Shown: one piece after another, positions 52,460 to 64,000 of the stretch
Layout: every line of letters starts with the position of its first letter
Numbering within the stretch: the first letter of the stretch is position 1
Origin: Styela clava
Taxonomy: Eukaryota
NCBI RefSeq assembly: GCF_964204865.1
Contig: NC_135257.1
Location: forward strand, 20,088,001 to 20,152,000
Reading direction: 5' to 3'
DNA length: 64,000 nt
Made by a program: the position numbers and the translations under genes
The notes under the pieces: model-generated
What the model saw: only the letters and a program-made list of their open reading frames with translations
Told to the model about the DNA's origin: nothing
Database searches by the model: none

Positions 52460-53950
52460 TTTGCGCCAAATACAAGTCTATGAATCTAAAAGAATTATCT
52501 GACTAATATTCCAACTTAACTTGATCTGACAAACGAAGAAAGGAATCGACGTTCAATTTAAGTAGCTCTTTTCTCGAAAATGTATAAACTCGTAGCACCA
52601 ATATCTACTCCATCATTTTAGTTTTACTTTCAATATTATCTATTCTCTTCAATACGCTTGGATTATAAACAGTTAATCTATATTTATCCGAAAGTCATTG
52701 CCTCAAACATGCAATGACATAATGTCTCAAACGGGATTTTGTTGAAAAACTAACTTTTTGTCACGTAGAAGTGTTTCTGTTAGCTCGTGGCTGATTTTTT
52801 TCATAATTTTGATTTTAGCCATTGATCCAAGAAACGTCCAAGACACGAAGTTAATAATAACACTGTTAAAAGTTAGACCAGAAACAATTTGCTCGACATT
52901 GCATATAAGTGAGATTGTGGTCAAACTTGGATCTTTAACATAGATGTCAAAGTAATTATATCCCATAGCTTATTTATCCTCATTAGATATTCTGAGCTAA
53001 TCAATTCCCAGGCTTTCTCAACACCAGAACTTGTAGTTTAATCTGCCCAATTTCAGGTCATCAATGTATTCCATTGTTTGTGACAAAACAATTTGCATTG
53101 CATTCTCATATCGACTTAAATCGATGGTATGATGTGTTTTGCATTGTATATTTTTAAGTTTGCTCAAAGAACGAATACAAAGAGAGATATCATCGATAAA
53201 GGAGTTGTAAGCAATAACAATCTGACAGTCGCCCACTAAAAGCTAAATATCAGTTGGTATTCGAGGCAAATATTTTGGCATTTATTGGTTTACACAAGAC
53301 TTTAAAACAAGTTCACATAATGTTTCACAAAATGTAAAGATTCTAAGCCTACACATATCCAAAAGTAGGGGTACTTCTTCATCTCAAACGACCGAAACGT
53401 TTTCGATTCCACAGACACTACCCAGTCCCTTGTAAAAGATAATAAACTCATCACAATTTTTGGACAAATTTACCTTTTTATCATCAAAGTCTTTATTCTT
53501 GTTTGTAATTATTGAACATTATTAAAATGGGATCCTTCTGTAGTGATGAATGTAATAATATTGGGGAATCTCATAAGATGATTTCATAAAGATTCGCACT
53601 CCACATCGAGGATAATGTAGTGGAAAAACTGGAGGGTTTTAGATAAATGTATCTATGGATATAGTAGTATTCTCCATTCCCCATATCGCTCGTGAATTTT
53701 GATATCTTTCGTTTTATGACAATATGTGTTTGGTATTGATTTACGAAAATGTAAGCTGTTTTCTCCTACTAATATCTCTAATGCTGTGATATGCGTCCAA
53801 GATTTGGGAGACTGCTTTATAAGAGTCTTGGTCGGACGACAGTTTTAAAATTAAACTTTTAAAATTATATAATAACGATTTATCGAGATATGATCTTATA
53901 GATGATAATAGTGAAAAATATTCATTAGGTGATAAATGAAATATCAAATA
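52460..53950 (-). pseudogene. Decayed long single-exon ORF with DED/death-fold-like N-terminus
   Basis: Same-strand ORF pieces 53741-53947, 53018-53236 and 52727-52966 (last two in one frame, separated by stops). EYFSLLSSIRSYLDKSLLYNFKSL...VSQILDAY fits the DED helix pattern. Confidence 0.35.
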
Positions 53951-54059
53951 CCGAGACTCGACTTACAAATACAAGTTCAATCCAGTTAAGTGCCTAAATT
54001 GCTGATAGGATTTTAGATTCACTAATTTGCTCGATACCCAGTTGCTAATAATAGCAACT

Positions 54060-55520
54060 TTCGTCAAATGAATAACTTCAGCAATACGGTTTGCAAAACG
54101 TTTGGATTTTCTAATATTGTATCGCAAATCACAATGAGAATAAATATATTTACTTATGAGAATAGAATCTTTTATCTGATTTTATTGTCATGGAAAGTAA
54201 TCTTCAAAATATTAGAATGCTTTTTTTCCCTTCGGAAGTCATTCCAACCGAAAATACAACTGACTTTCTCATTAGTAATTTTTAATTCGTTTGCCATTAT
54301 TGCGTTGCACGTTTATTTTCAACATTGTGAAATCGACTGACGCAAATGACGCTGTTTTAAATTAAAATAAATCATTCTTATTTAAATAAATCATTCAATT
54401 CGATGAGTAAAATAATTTCCCAAAATATGCTGAATTTTGAAACCAAATTCTCATTACTTGAATAATCTATTATTGTGATGTCAGCGGACGAACGCCAATT
54501 GTCGAAACTTCTGTTGGAATATATTGTAAATCACAACAATAACAACGGTATGAAGTAATTGCAGTCCTAACTTGATCGATGCAAATATATATTGCATATC
54601 TTACTGTTTGGTTGAAATTAACATTCACAATGCGAGTGTGGATGCGATTGCACAACTCATAAGATGTGATTTTAAATATTACAATATATATGGAATCGAA
54701 CCGCTAATGCTTCACAATCAATAAAGGGAATTCAAGTATAGCAAAATTTACTGTAATTACACCTCAAATACATGCCAATGTACACAGCATCCTTCATTTC
54801 ACCCAGCTCCGTAATTCATACAATTCGATACGCATTTGCTAAAAATAGCAATCTTCATCAAATGAATAACTTTACTAATACGGTTTGCAAAGCACAGGTG
54901 GTCATGCATTTGGATTTTCAAGTATTGTGTTGTAAATTACCATGAGGAGAGCTATCTATTTATGAGAATGGAATCTCTTATTTGGTTTTGTTGCTATTGC
55001 AAGTAGTGTTTCAAAATATTAGAATGTTTTTTTTTTCTTTCGGAAGTTTATTCCAACCGAAAATACAAAACCGAAAATACAACTGATTTTCTCAATAATA
55101 ATTTTTCTTCCTAATAAATGCCACTATTGCGTTTATTTCTAATATTGTGAAAACGTTTGACGCAAAATGACGCTGTTTTAAATTAAAATAAATCATTCCT
55201 ATTAAAATAAATCATTCAAATCGATGAGTAAAATAATTTACCACAATATGGTGATTTTTGAAACCAAATTCTCATTAACTTAATGATTTATTATTGTGAT
55301 TGTTAGCGGATGAACGCCAATTGTCGAAACTTATGTTGGAATATATCGTAAATCACAACAATAACCACGGTATAAAGTAATTTCAATCCTGCCTTGATAG
55401 ATGTAAATACATGTTGCATTTTACAGTTGACTTTACATCATTATTCATAAGGAATTATATATATGAAATCGCACTGCCAATGCTTTCACAATCAATGAAG
55501 TAAATTCAATCATAAAAACT
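54060..55520. repeat. Diverged tandem duplication, ~795-bp period (partial further copies ~55750-55900, ~56050-56180)
   Basis: aatgaataactt...aatacggtttgcaaa at 54067 and 54861; tcgatgagtaaaataattt, gaacgccaattgtcgaaactt and attccaaccgaaaatacaa are duplicated. Confidence 0.9.
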
Positions 55521-56756
55521 GTATACTATGTTTTAGTAGAATATTCAAGCTGAATCGCAATATTCCGAAAAATATATAAATCCATTTAGTTTTGAATTAA
55601 TAAATTCAATTAATTGTTTTTGGTTTGTTTAGAATATACGAGTCTAAAACCAATAACCAAATGTTAAAATGAGTAATTTTAGCTTCTAAATAACAATATT
55701 CTTCAAGTATGGTTTGTCAACATACATGAACAATTCGAAAATGCAGAATATCATCATTACGCTGCAAGTTTATTTCTATCCTGTATATGTGGAAATAGTT
55801 GTCGCAAATATTGCTTTTTTATTTTAAATCTAAATCATTCGATGAGTATAGTAATTTATCAAAATATGGTGAATTTAGAAATTAAATTCTCAATACTTTA
55901 AAAAATCTGTTTTGAATATTTTGAAGTCTAAGAATCTAAGAGTCTAAATCTAATAGTCAAATGTTGATAGAAATTCGATCCTGTAAATAACAATACTCCT
56001 TGAATACGATTTTTGTCACCACATTTGATAAAATTTGGTTTGCTGTGATTACGTTGCACGTTTATTTCTAACGAATGACGCAAATTTTTCTTTTTTCTTT
56101 TAATTCCGATTCTTCGATTTGATGAGTAACATAATTTATTACAATAGGCTGAATTTAGAAGCCAAATTCCCAATACTACTATTCTATTCTTAATATTATG
56201 ATTATTGATGATCAGATAAAATTAGCAAATCATCACCCTTGCCAAGAGTATATGGTGTAGATCCACGCCTATTATCTACGTATATTAATATTTTTGGTAT
56301 TAGTCGAAAAACAACAACCAATTGTTATACTAACAATTATCATCGTAACGCTACTTCTTCTATTTGCTTTTGTCATATAATTCCATGAGTAACTTGATAG
56401 AAAAAATGGTACTCCTATAGTGTGTGTACCAGGTTGGGGTTAGGATATAATTTTATTCCGATTTTCCTTATTTTAGTTCATTTACGATATCGGCCACTGT
56501 CTGTGTTAGCCAAGTGAATATTTATCCCCTTTCTACAGATTTCAGCCTTTTTACACAACTTGATGTAAAGAAGCCACACTTCATATCGTATTTGTGAAAT
56601 GATGTACTTTGTTTATTTTTACTATTTCAATTTATCATTACTAACTTGATAACAATAAATTGGATGCTATATGTGGCTCAGCTGCCAACTCATCGATATT
56701 GAAAGTCTTCTAAAACTTAATTTCCGACCTTAAAAAATTAGATTAGATCTTGAACC

Positions 56757-56886
56757 TTGGGTGTCGCTGCTCGATAACCAACCCTGGTTCCACGCGACTT
56801 CCCTTCTCCAGTAAAAATGTGTGTAAATTTTGTATTTTGTCAATTTGGTATGTTATTTTTTACTGTATGGAAAAAATAAACTTGAC
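56757..56886 (+). mobile_element. LINE (L2/CR1-like) 3' end remnant (second copy ~17810-17945); hAT element inserted in its tail
   Basis: ggtgtcgc.gctcgataaccaa...tggtt...cgcgact ... aaaaaataaact followed by a short-repeat tail in both copies. Confidence 0.5.
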
Positions 56887-59875
56887 CAGTGGCGGCGCGT
56901 GGTCATTTTGAAAACCGGGGCAAGCTACTGCGGGACCAAGTCACCCCCATCTACGGGGACAGGATGAGCGCTGTAAGTTCTCCCATCATTTTATGAGTAT
57001 AAAAACCATTCCATCGGTAACAACCAATCGGCAAAAGCGACAATTTTTAACGATAAGAAAGTGTCTTTAAAACCGGTCCAAGTCAAGGGATTAATAAATA
57101 TAGACATAGTTTATTTTGAAACCTCTTTCAAAAGGAAAGGCAATATTTACCCAGATAAATACAATGATATATCAACAGAAACTTCGGGAAAGCAGACAAA
57201 ATCTAAAATAAGGTTTAAAACGTTACTATGAAGAAAGGAAAGGTAATGCAAAGATAAGGACATGCGTCGCTCACTCATAGATAGATATGCTGCTAGACTT
57301 CTACTGCTTGAACATATATGCAACACGGCGCGGTTTCTTGGAAGCAAAATGCTCAATAACGCGCTGATTAAAGTCATGCATCCCAGAAATAACGTCTCTG
57401 TGAATGGATAAAACAGCCAAGGAATTTAATCTATCTTGCTTCATTGTGTTTCTGAGATACGTTTTAATACGCTTCAGCGTGCTGAATGTTCGCTCTGCGT
57501 CGGCGGAAGAAATAGGCGTCGTCAAAATGATGTCCAAAATTTTGCAGACGCCGCAAAGGTAGTTACTAGAGTGTTATCTATGAGGAACCCATAGAGCGCG
57601 CAAGTTGATGTGATGTTCAAAAAAGTTTGATTGGTGTATATACATCGCAATTCATTTTCCAATTTACCCACGTTTATCGTGGGGTAAAATTTGGAGACAG
57701 TAGCCAAAAAATGGATGGGAAATTGACGTGCAAATTTTGAAAAATTTTTGGGGTTCATCAAAGAGAACGCGGCAAGGTGTTCAGTGCGCAGACGATCGCC
57801 TATTTGATTCACCAGAATGTCACAGCATTCCTTTGCAGACAAAATCAAACGCTGCGTTGTTTGCCCGCGGCGTAAAGAAGCACTCCATGTGTCGTCTTAT
57901 TTTATTGTTTCCCGGATACGAGATACAGCATCGCAGAAGTCTGAAATACACGACTGCACAGACGCTCCATCCATTAGCCTTGACTGCAACGCGCCGTATA
58001 ATACATCCACGTGATAGAATATTGTGGAGAAAAAAGCGAGAAAAAATGAAAACTCACCATCTTCTAGCAGACGCTTTAGACCTGCCGCCTCCCTCACAGA
58101 GCTTTCGTCCCAAACCGGAGAGCTCTGAATGCCATTGAAACCCTCAATGAGCTCAGACCTAATTTCGGACACGCCCTGCACCACGCGTGATTGGAAGTTC
58201 CAACGTGTTGGTGCACAAGCTGGGAGACGGCGGCTACATATCTGGCGAAGGAGGTCAGAGCGCTTCGGCGAAACGGAAAAAAATGAAGAAAACCCCGAAA
58301 CATTTGCAAAAAATATACGGACGAGAGGGGTATCAAGACACATATTTTTAATAACGAGGTTAAATTGGGGGGATACCAATGTAAAAAATGCGCATGAGGA
58401 AAATCTTCTTTTATATAAACTTGAACACCATGTTTCGACCCACCCAAAGGCTGTAACACTTCTTTCAGTACAGCCGATATCCCGCAAGCCGTGCGATCAA
58501 CGATTGGTACAAAGCTGTGAAATCTCTCGGTAGGTTTACCATCTTTAACAAACCGAAAAATCACAGCCAGTTGGGAAACGCACGTGATGTCAGTTGTCTC
58601 GTCAGACTGAATCGAAAGGAACTGGCAATTCTCAATTTCCAGAGCCAAATGTTGTAAATAAATTTTATACATTGAGTCGAGCAAATCATTTTGGATATCC
58701 TTAGATGTCCCTTTCGAAACAGTTGCGGCATCAAGATGATCTCTCAATACTGTATCTAGGGATGCGATGTATTCCACCATATCCAAAAATACCCCCCTAT
58801 TAGAAGAGCCAGCCCGTTCATCGTGCCCACGGAGGGACAGCTCGTGACAACCAATGAACTTCAAAACATCTATCAATCGACCGAGAACATGGCGGTTTTT
58901 CTCGACGTTTTGGTTGTGCCGACGAAAAGAAACCGCGCGTCCTTCATCCAACTGTGCTGCAATATTAACATTTCCGAATGTTCGGTATTTTACTGCATTG
59001 TCCATATGCTCCATAGAAGATTGATGATCCCTGGCACGCTCGGAAAGTTGTTTAAGATCTCTAAAACCAAATTCACACCAACGTGAGTCACGGGCGGTAG
59101 CAAAAAATAGGCAATAAAAACAAAAAAGTGCATTTTTGTCCTCGCTGTAACACAACCATTCGTGTTTTTTATACCAAGTTTCTGCGCAGAATGTACGCCG
59201 ACGCTTTCCTCCGTCATGGGATTGTTCCAGTGAACAATTTTTTGGTTAATAAGGCCCAAGACGTTGTACCTCTAATTTTTGCTCCAGCGGCAGCTGCGAA
59301 AACGGAGTGCGAAGTAGTGCATCAACCTTATTCATTATGAGGTCTAAGGCTAAGAAATGCGAAGCCGGAAAGAAGTGAGGAGCTCAAAAGGAATGTGGAA
59401 AATCGAAAGCAAATGGACTAAAGGTCTCTAACTGATTCAAATAGCGAAACAAGCGACAAAAACGAAGGCGAGGAAACTATCAACTCTTCAAGCAACCAAC
59501 GAACGAGAAGGAATGCGTGAATATGTCAACACGTTGTTGTAAGAAACGTCGGCATTGTGTCGTCATAATTTCGGGGCTAGCCCCGATCGGCCCCGATGAT
59601 TTAGTAAAAGAAACAGAAAACAAACGAGACAAACGCGGCGAGTGGAAGATAAAAGAGAGAATACGATATACAATGAGCAACCGGGGCAAAATCGGCGTCG
59701 CCCCGTCGACGTTCGGCGAAGGCTTTGCGAGCGAAAAATGAACCATGTCGGGAGAATATGGCTAGTGTAGACAGTCTGTGCAACCGATATTAAGGTATTT
59801 TTCGAATATTTTTTATTATACCGAAAAAACAACCGGGGCATTGCCCCGGTTGGCTCTATTGACGCGCCGCCACTG
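56887..59875 (-). mobile_element. Full-length hAT DNA transposon (2989 bp)
   Basis: 14-bp perfect TIR CAGTGGCGGCGCGT (56887-56900; inverted copy ends 59875). Perfect 8-bp TSD AACTTGAC (56879-56886, 59876-59883). Subterminal CCGGGGCA motifs at both ends. Visibly more GC-rich than flanks. Confidence 0.95.
57301..59335 (-). pseudogene. Disrupted hAT transposase (ZMYM1-like: TTF-type Zn finger, DUF4371-like, hAT dimerization domain)
   Basis: ATG 59335 is in frame with ORF 58094-59155 (WLCYS...LFCFYC, LRGHDE..NRGVF, QSDETTDIT..QL..RFV) except for an early TAA near 59247. Frameshift near HWYP, then PTRWN; in-frame stop at 57897; second frameshift; C-terminal TTPISSADAERTFSTLKRIKTYLRNTMKQDRLNSLAVLSIH. 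Confidence 0.92.
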
Positions 59876-60095
59876 AACTTGACTATAACTTATGAATAAT
59901 AATATTGCTCTCGCATATAATTTTCCATAGTGAAATTGGGATATATATGTAACATGCATCTTTGAACACCGGAATTCAAGTAGTATTACATAATCTACTT
60001 TTATAATCGATTGTATGAATATTCACCACGCATATACGAGGTTAAACGTTTAGTCAAGTTTAAGTATTCTAATATGATAAATGTTTTACTTACAT

Positions 60096-60527
60096 CAGTG
60101 GTTCCCAACCAGTTCAATAGCGTTAATCCTAAATCGAATTACCAAAAGTTCAATTACCCCTTTCATAAAAATACGGTAGTTATATCGATATCACTTTTTG
60201 TTTGACCCAAAAATGGCGATAATACAACAGCTATTGCATCTTTCAATCCAATTTTAAGATGCAATACTTGCGGTAGATCAGCATTTAGGCCTACAATCTG
60301 TACGGCAAAGTTTTTCTATTATGTCCCTATAAAGTGGGCTTATTATGTCTCTATAAAGTGGGCTCACTGAATATAGATGCGAGCATGGCATATTCATTTT
60401 TCCACAGACAAGTCAAAAGTACGGAGATTATAAAAGAAGTTGTTAAAACATTGAACATCTGAATTATCCCATAAAAAGTGCAGTGGTACCCATTTGGGGT
60501 TTATTACCCCCAGTTTGGCAACCACTG
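60096..60527. mobile_element. hAT MITE
   Basis: cagtggttcccaac ... tttggcaaccactg; internal ttacccc motifs; partial TSD acttacat/ctgtacat. Confidence 0.7.
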
Positions 60528-63500
60528 CTGTACATGCAGAGTGTTCATAAAGTTCCTTACAATTTCAATTTTGTTATGAAGTCAGTTCCAAATATATTTT
60601 AACCAGGTTTGTTGCTTTTAATCAGTAATTGTTCAAGCATTTTTACTTTTACTTCGTATTTAATACATCTGTGAAGGCCAAAACAATATATTTGGTATCG
60701 ATAAATTTCCTCCGCAATTTTAAATTGTTTTAAGACTTTAAAAACACCCTATATATTTTACATTGCCAACGCAATATTAATAAATGATAAAATTTCGTGC
60801 GTATATAGAATGTTTTCTACAAAATTAGGCGAAATATTATAACAAAATATGTAAAATATATTGTGAGGATCTTTGTCAAGTCAATATCAAATAAATACCA
60901 ACTACTTTTTGTAGTTCAAATCTCAAGTGTTCTGAAAGTATTCAATAATCAGTCATTAACATACAGAATCATGCAAACCAGATGGAAATCAGTATCACTA
61001 TCATCCGGTTTATCAAGTTTTCAATTTAAATTTGGTATTAAACGGTAATCCTCAGTAATAGCCGCTATTGTTATATCAACCCCCAATCTCCGTTTCTTAT
61101 ATACACTCAAAGTAATGGATAGACTTTTGTAATGCAAAAATATGTAAACAGACGTAAATCGTTGACGCTTTAGTAATCTCTTTGCTGTTTCTCAATTTTA
61201 TCAAAGCCAAATACGTATATAAACACTTGATAATGATCGATTAAACATTGTGGTTTTAACCCTTATTATCTCATGATATATTTTTAAATATTACGACATT
61301 TGGTAAGCTGCTGCGTCTAAAGGAGATCTCTCTGGCTTGTACTGCGGTCAAGATATAGCTGATCACTTGATGCAATGCAAATAAAGTTTTCTACGCACAT
61401 CTGTTGTAAGCTGTTTGTGCAAAGAGTTTTTTGAGGAGTTGTTTGAAGAACTCCAAAGTATTTTGAACAATCCAATCCACAAAGTGGGACTGTTTTCTGG
61501 CAACTTGTATCTCACGTGTTTTTCTCGCCCTGTTTGACACAAAATTCGTCCACGGTTGGTTTGGCAAAATGTTGTTTATATTGTTGTTATAAGTCAAAAA
61601 CTATTTATTTCTTCAAATTCTTTTATTTTTTCGCAGTGTTTAAGAGTGACAGTTCCTCCCTGAAAAGCTATTACTTTTTTATTTTTTCGTATTACATCTC
61701 ATCTCATAGAAACGTGTTAGATAGACGGATAGGTTTTATAAACTTTTTTGTACAGCAGCCCACCGACAACAGATTCTTCTATCGAATATAATGGGGGATG
61801 CGCCTTCATAGATTGTAGATTGAATGGGAAACACGATCTTCCTGTGTTGGAAATGTTATTTTTATCCCGGGTAAGAGCGTGGCCAATAGGAATACTTAGT
61901 TATAAAGGAAACCACAGACTCCAGTCCGGTTACCATTCTATGTCGATTATGAGAATAGTTGACCAGTTATTGCGTAAAGTTGTTGATTGTGGTGAAAGCT
62001 GTAGCCTACAAACGAGAGCGGCGATTCCCTGGAAACCCCCAAATAGGTTAATCAGCAGCGCGATTACATGCATGCGTGTCCCCAACACTTTACACGAACG
62101 CCAATCGTATGTCGTTAACAACTTCCAAAATATATTCCTGTGCTGTGACAATATCATCACTCCTGATTATCTTGAAGATGTTTAAGCCACTTTATCGAAT
62201 AAAACAGGCTGCATTTCTTGTTCTTACAGTCACACGTCATTTGCAACACTGTCTTATTCTTCGACGCAAAGTTAATTTCAACATTGCGTGGGTTTGTAAA
62301 AATTCTGGTCGGAGTCATATTGAGAAAAATGCGTCTCTTTGCATGATTTAGGAGGGTTGATTCAGGTGCAAACAGTGGGTAAAAAACGGTGTTTACTCAG
62401 CAATACCGGTGCGAACAACTTGTGGCCATATATTTGAGAATTTCCTGATAAAACAATTTCTATTTTTTGTTGTTGTCTGAATGAACTAACCGTTAGACCG
62501 TATACATCCCAGATAATCGGCTAACCTCTAGATCTAGAGTTTAGACAAGAACATCCCACGCGTCTGAGAAATATCTTTTACTACTGACGGATTTACGTAC
62601 CTGGCTTTGAATCTATTGTTTATAATGATCGTGAAGTAAAGTATCGACATCAATCATCATCATTTATGAGTATTTTTCTATTGCGTTATACTGACTACTT
62701 ATACTGTGAATAGGTCTGTAAAACCTACCCATAGGTTTCAGTTCCTCTATACAACTTGATGTAAAATAGGCAAACAAAATTAGTTACCTCTATATTGGTA
62801 TATACACTTCTGTAGCGCCGACTTTTCTTTTAGCAAGTATTTGTATAACGATGTACATGTACGCTTTCATATATAAATTAGACAATTAGACATTTTGCAT
62901 TAATTTCATTTGTTTTCTGAAATAATTTTTGTTGTCTGTATCGGGGTCAATAATGCAACATTCCAATGTAATTTTCATCCGATTTTATCTCACAATGTGC
63001 ACTATTTTGTATTTATCGTATGTTGGAATACCTTATTATCGGAGATAGTAGACGATAGGCACAATCCCACCCACTTGTCTAACAATTTATCTTACGTTTT
63101 ATATCAGAATTTCCCTTAATATTATTTCCGTAATATTTGGTTGGTGATTTTTATCATGAAATATATTGTGAAAAGCAAATAACATGAGCACACAATATAG
63201 ACACAATGGCCTCAGGTGTGTTGCATTGTACATGACGATGCGAACTCGTCCTTGCAAATATAAAAAAATAACATGTTAAAAATATTTTCGTGATTCTGCT
63301 TTGAATCCTAAAAGCTACATCCTCCTCCTATACCACGTAAACTTCCTCACGGCATTTGGAAAAGGGCTTAGAAGATCTTGGTGTTCACAAAATCCTTATG
63401 TTAGTATTAGCTTCTGACCAACTTAAAGACTTTGTGTTCAGTGACATCCGTTAAGTAATAGCATATATTTGTGAGTAAGTGAGACATAAGTGAGTATCAA

Positions 63501-64000
63501 ACGTTTTTAAAATGTCGCACAGAAGCGAAGTGCTTATTATTTGCCGGATGTAAAAGTTTTGGAACAATACATCAAAAATGTTGTTGATCCGTGAAGCTGA
63601 GGTTATTGCTGGGAAATTGTAAGTGTGGATGCTAACTAGGGGCTATATTCTACACTTAGGAAAAGTGCTTAAACTTGTATAGTAACATAAAACATTAGTG
63701 CAGCGACAAAAAACTTTTTAATCAATTATTCAAGTTAGCATCCTATAGTCCTCACTTATGCGTAAACTATACGACATGATGTGTACATGACATTTCTATG
63801 TCAAACACACTATGAAATAGAATATGTTAGAATTCTAAGTCAGTGTGATTCATTTGACATTTTCAATCAAAGATATCCATTATCGTACGCAATTATTTTT
63901 GTAATAGGAGAAAAGTGATTTGATTCGACAATATTACGAAAAATGAATAACTCACATCGATATAGGATTCAGAAATGCTGTTTCGTCATGTTTATGAATT

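Noticed and set aside
53150-53460. Endogenous Mononegavirales L-protein fragment (LLLDMCRLR, GD...N)
   Set aside because: Only vague similarity; no GHP or GDN motifs; not supportable without a profile search.
57728-59841. Plus-strand and upstream ORFs inside the hAT element as a second gene
   Set aside because: Short, overlapping, mostly antisense to the transposase, with no recognisable motifs.
61748-62185. 145-aa plus-strand ORF as a real gene
   Set aside because: Non-ATG start and no motif; more likely a shadow of a decayed minus-strand frame.
63290-63625. Two exon-like segments ending in gtgagt/gtaagt
   Set aside because: Stops in the candidate frames and no recognisable product.

Overview
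AT-rich, repeat-dense animal genomic DNA. It is not prokaryotic; the repeat families look ascidian/tunicate-like from recollection only. The only intact genes are two intronless COLGALT/GLT25D-like (GT25 procollagen galactosyltransferase) paralogs arranged head-to-head at 36707-38485 (-) and 41398-43170 (+), from an inverted duplication. Both lack the usual C-terminal RDEL, carry different substitutions in conserved catalytic-domain motifs, diverge in charge, and share a 149-bp identical tract. The rest is a complete but inactivated ~3 kb hAT transposon (14-bp TIR, perfect 8-bp TSD), many hAT, Tc1/mariner-like and ISL2EU-like MITEs, tRNA-derived SINEs, HINE-like repeats, tandem duplications (3 x 962 bp, 2 x 271 bp, ~139 bp) and decayed coding-like tracts (probable VWA array; possible DED, SH3, sushi and EGF remnants). 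The most distinctive non-genic signal is a set of four related MITE families with telomere-like TTAGGG motifs, YGG...CCR termini and 6-bp TSDs; no partner transposase is in the window. No CRISPR, rRNA or true tRNA is seen. Domain calls for decayed regions are by-eye and need HMM confirmation.
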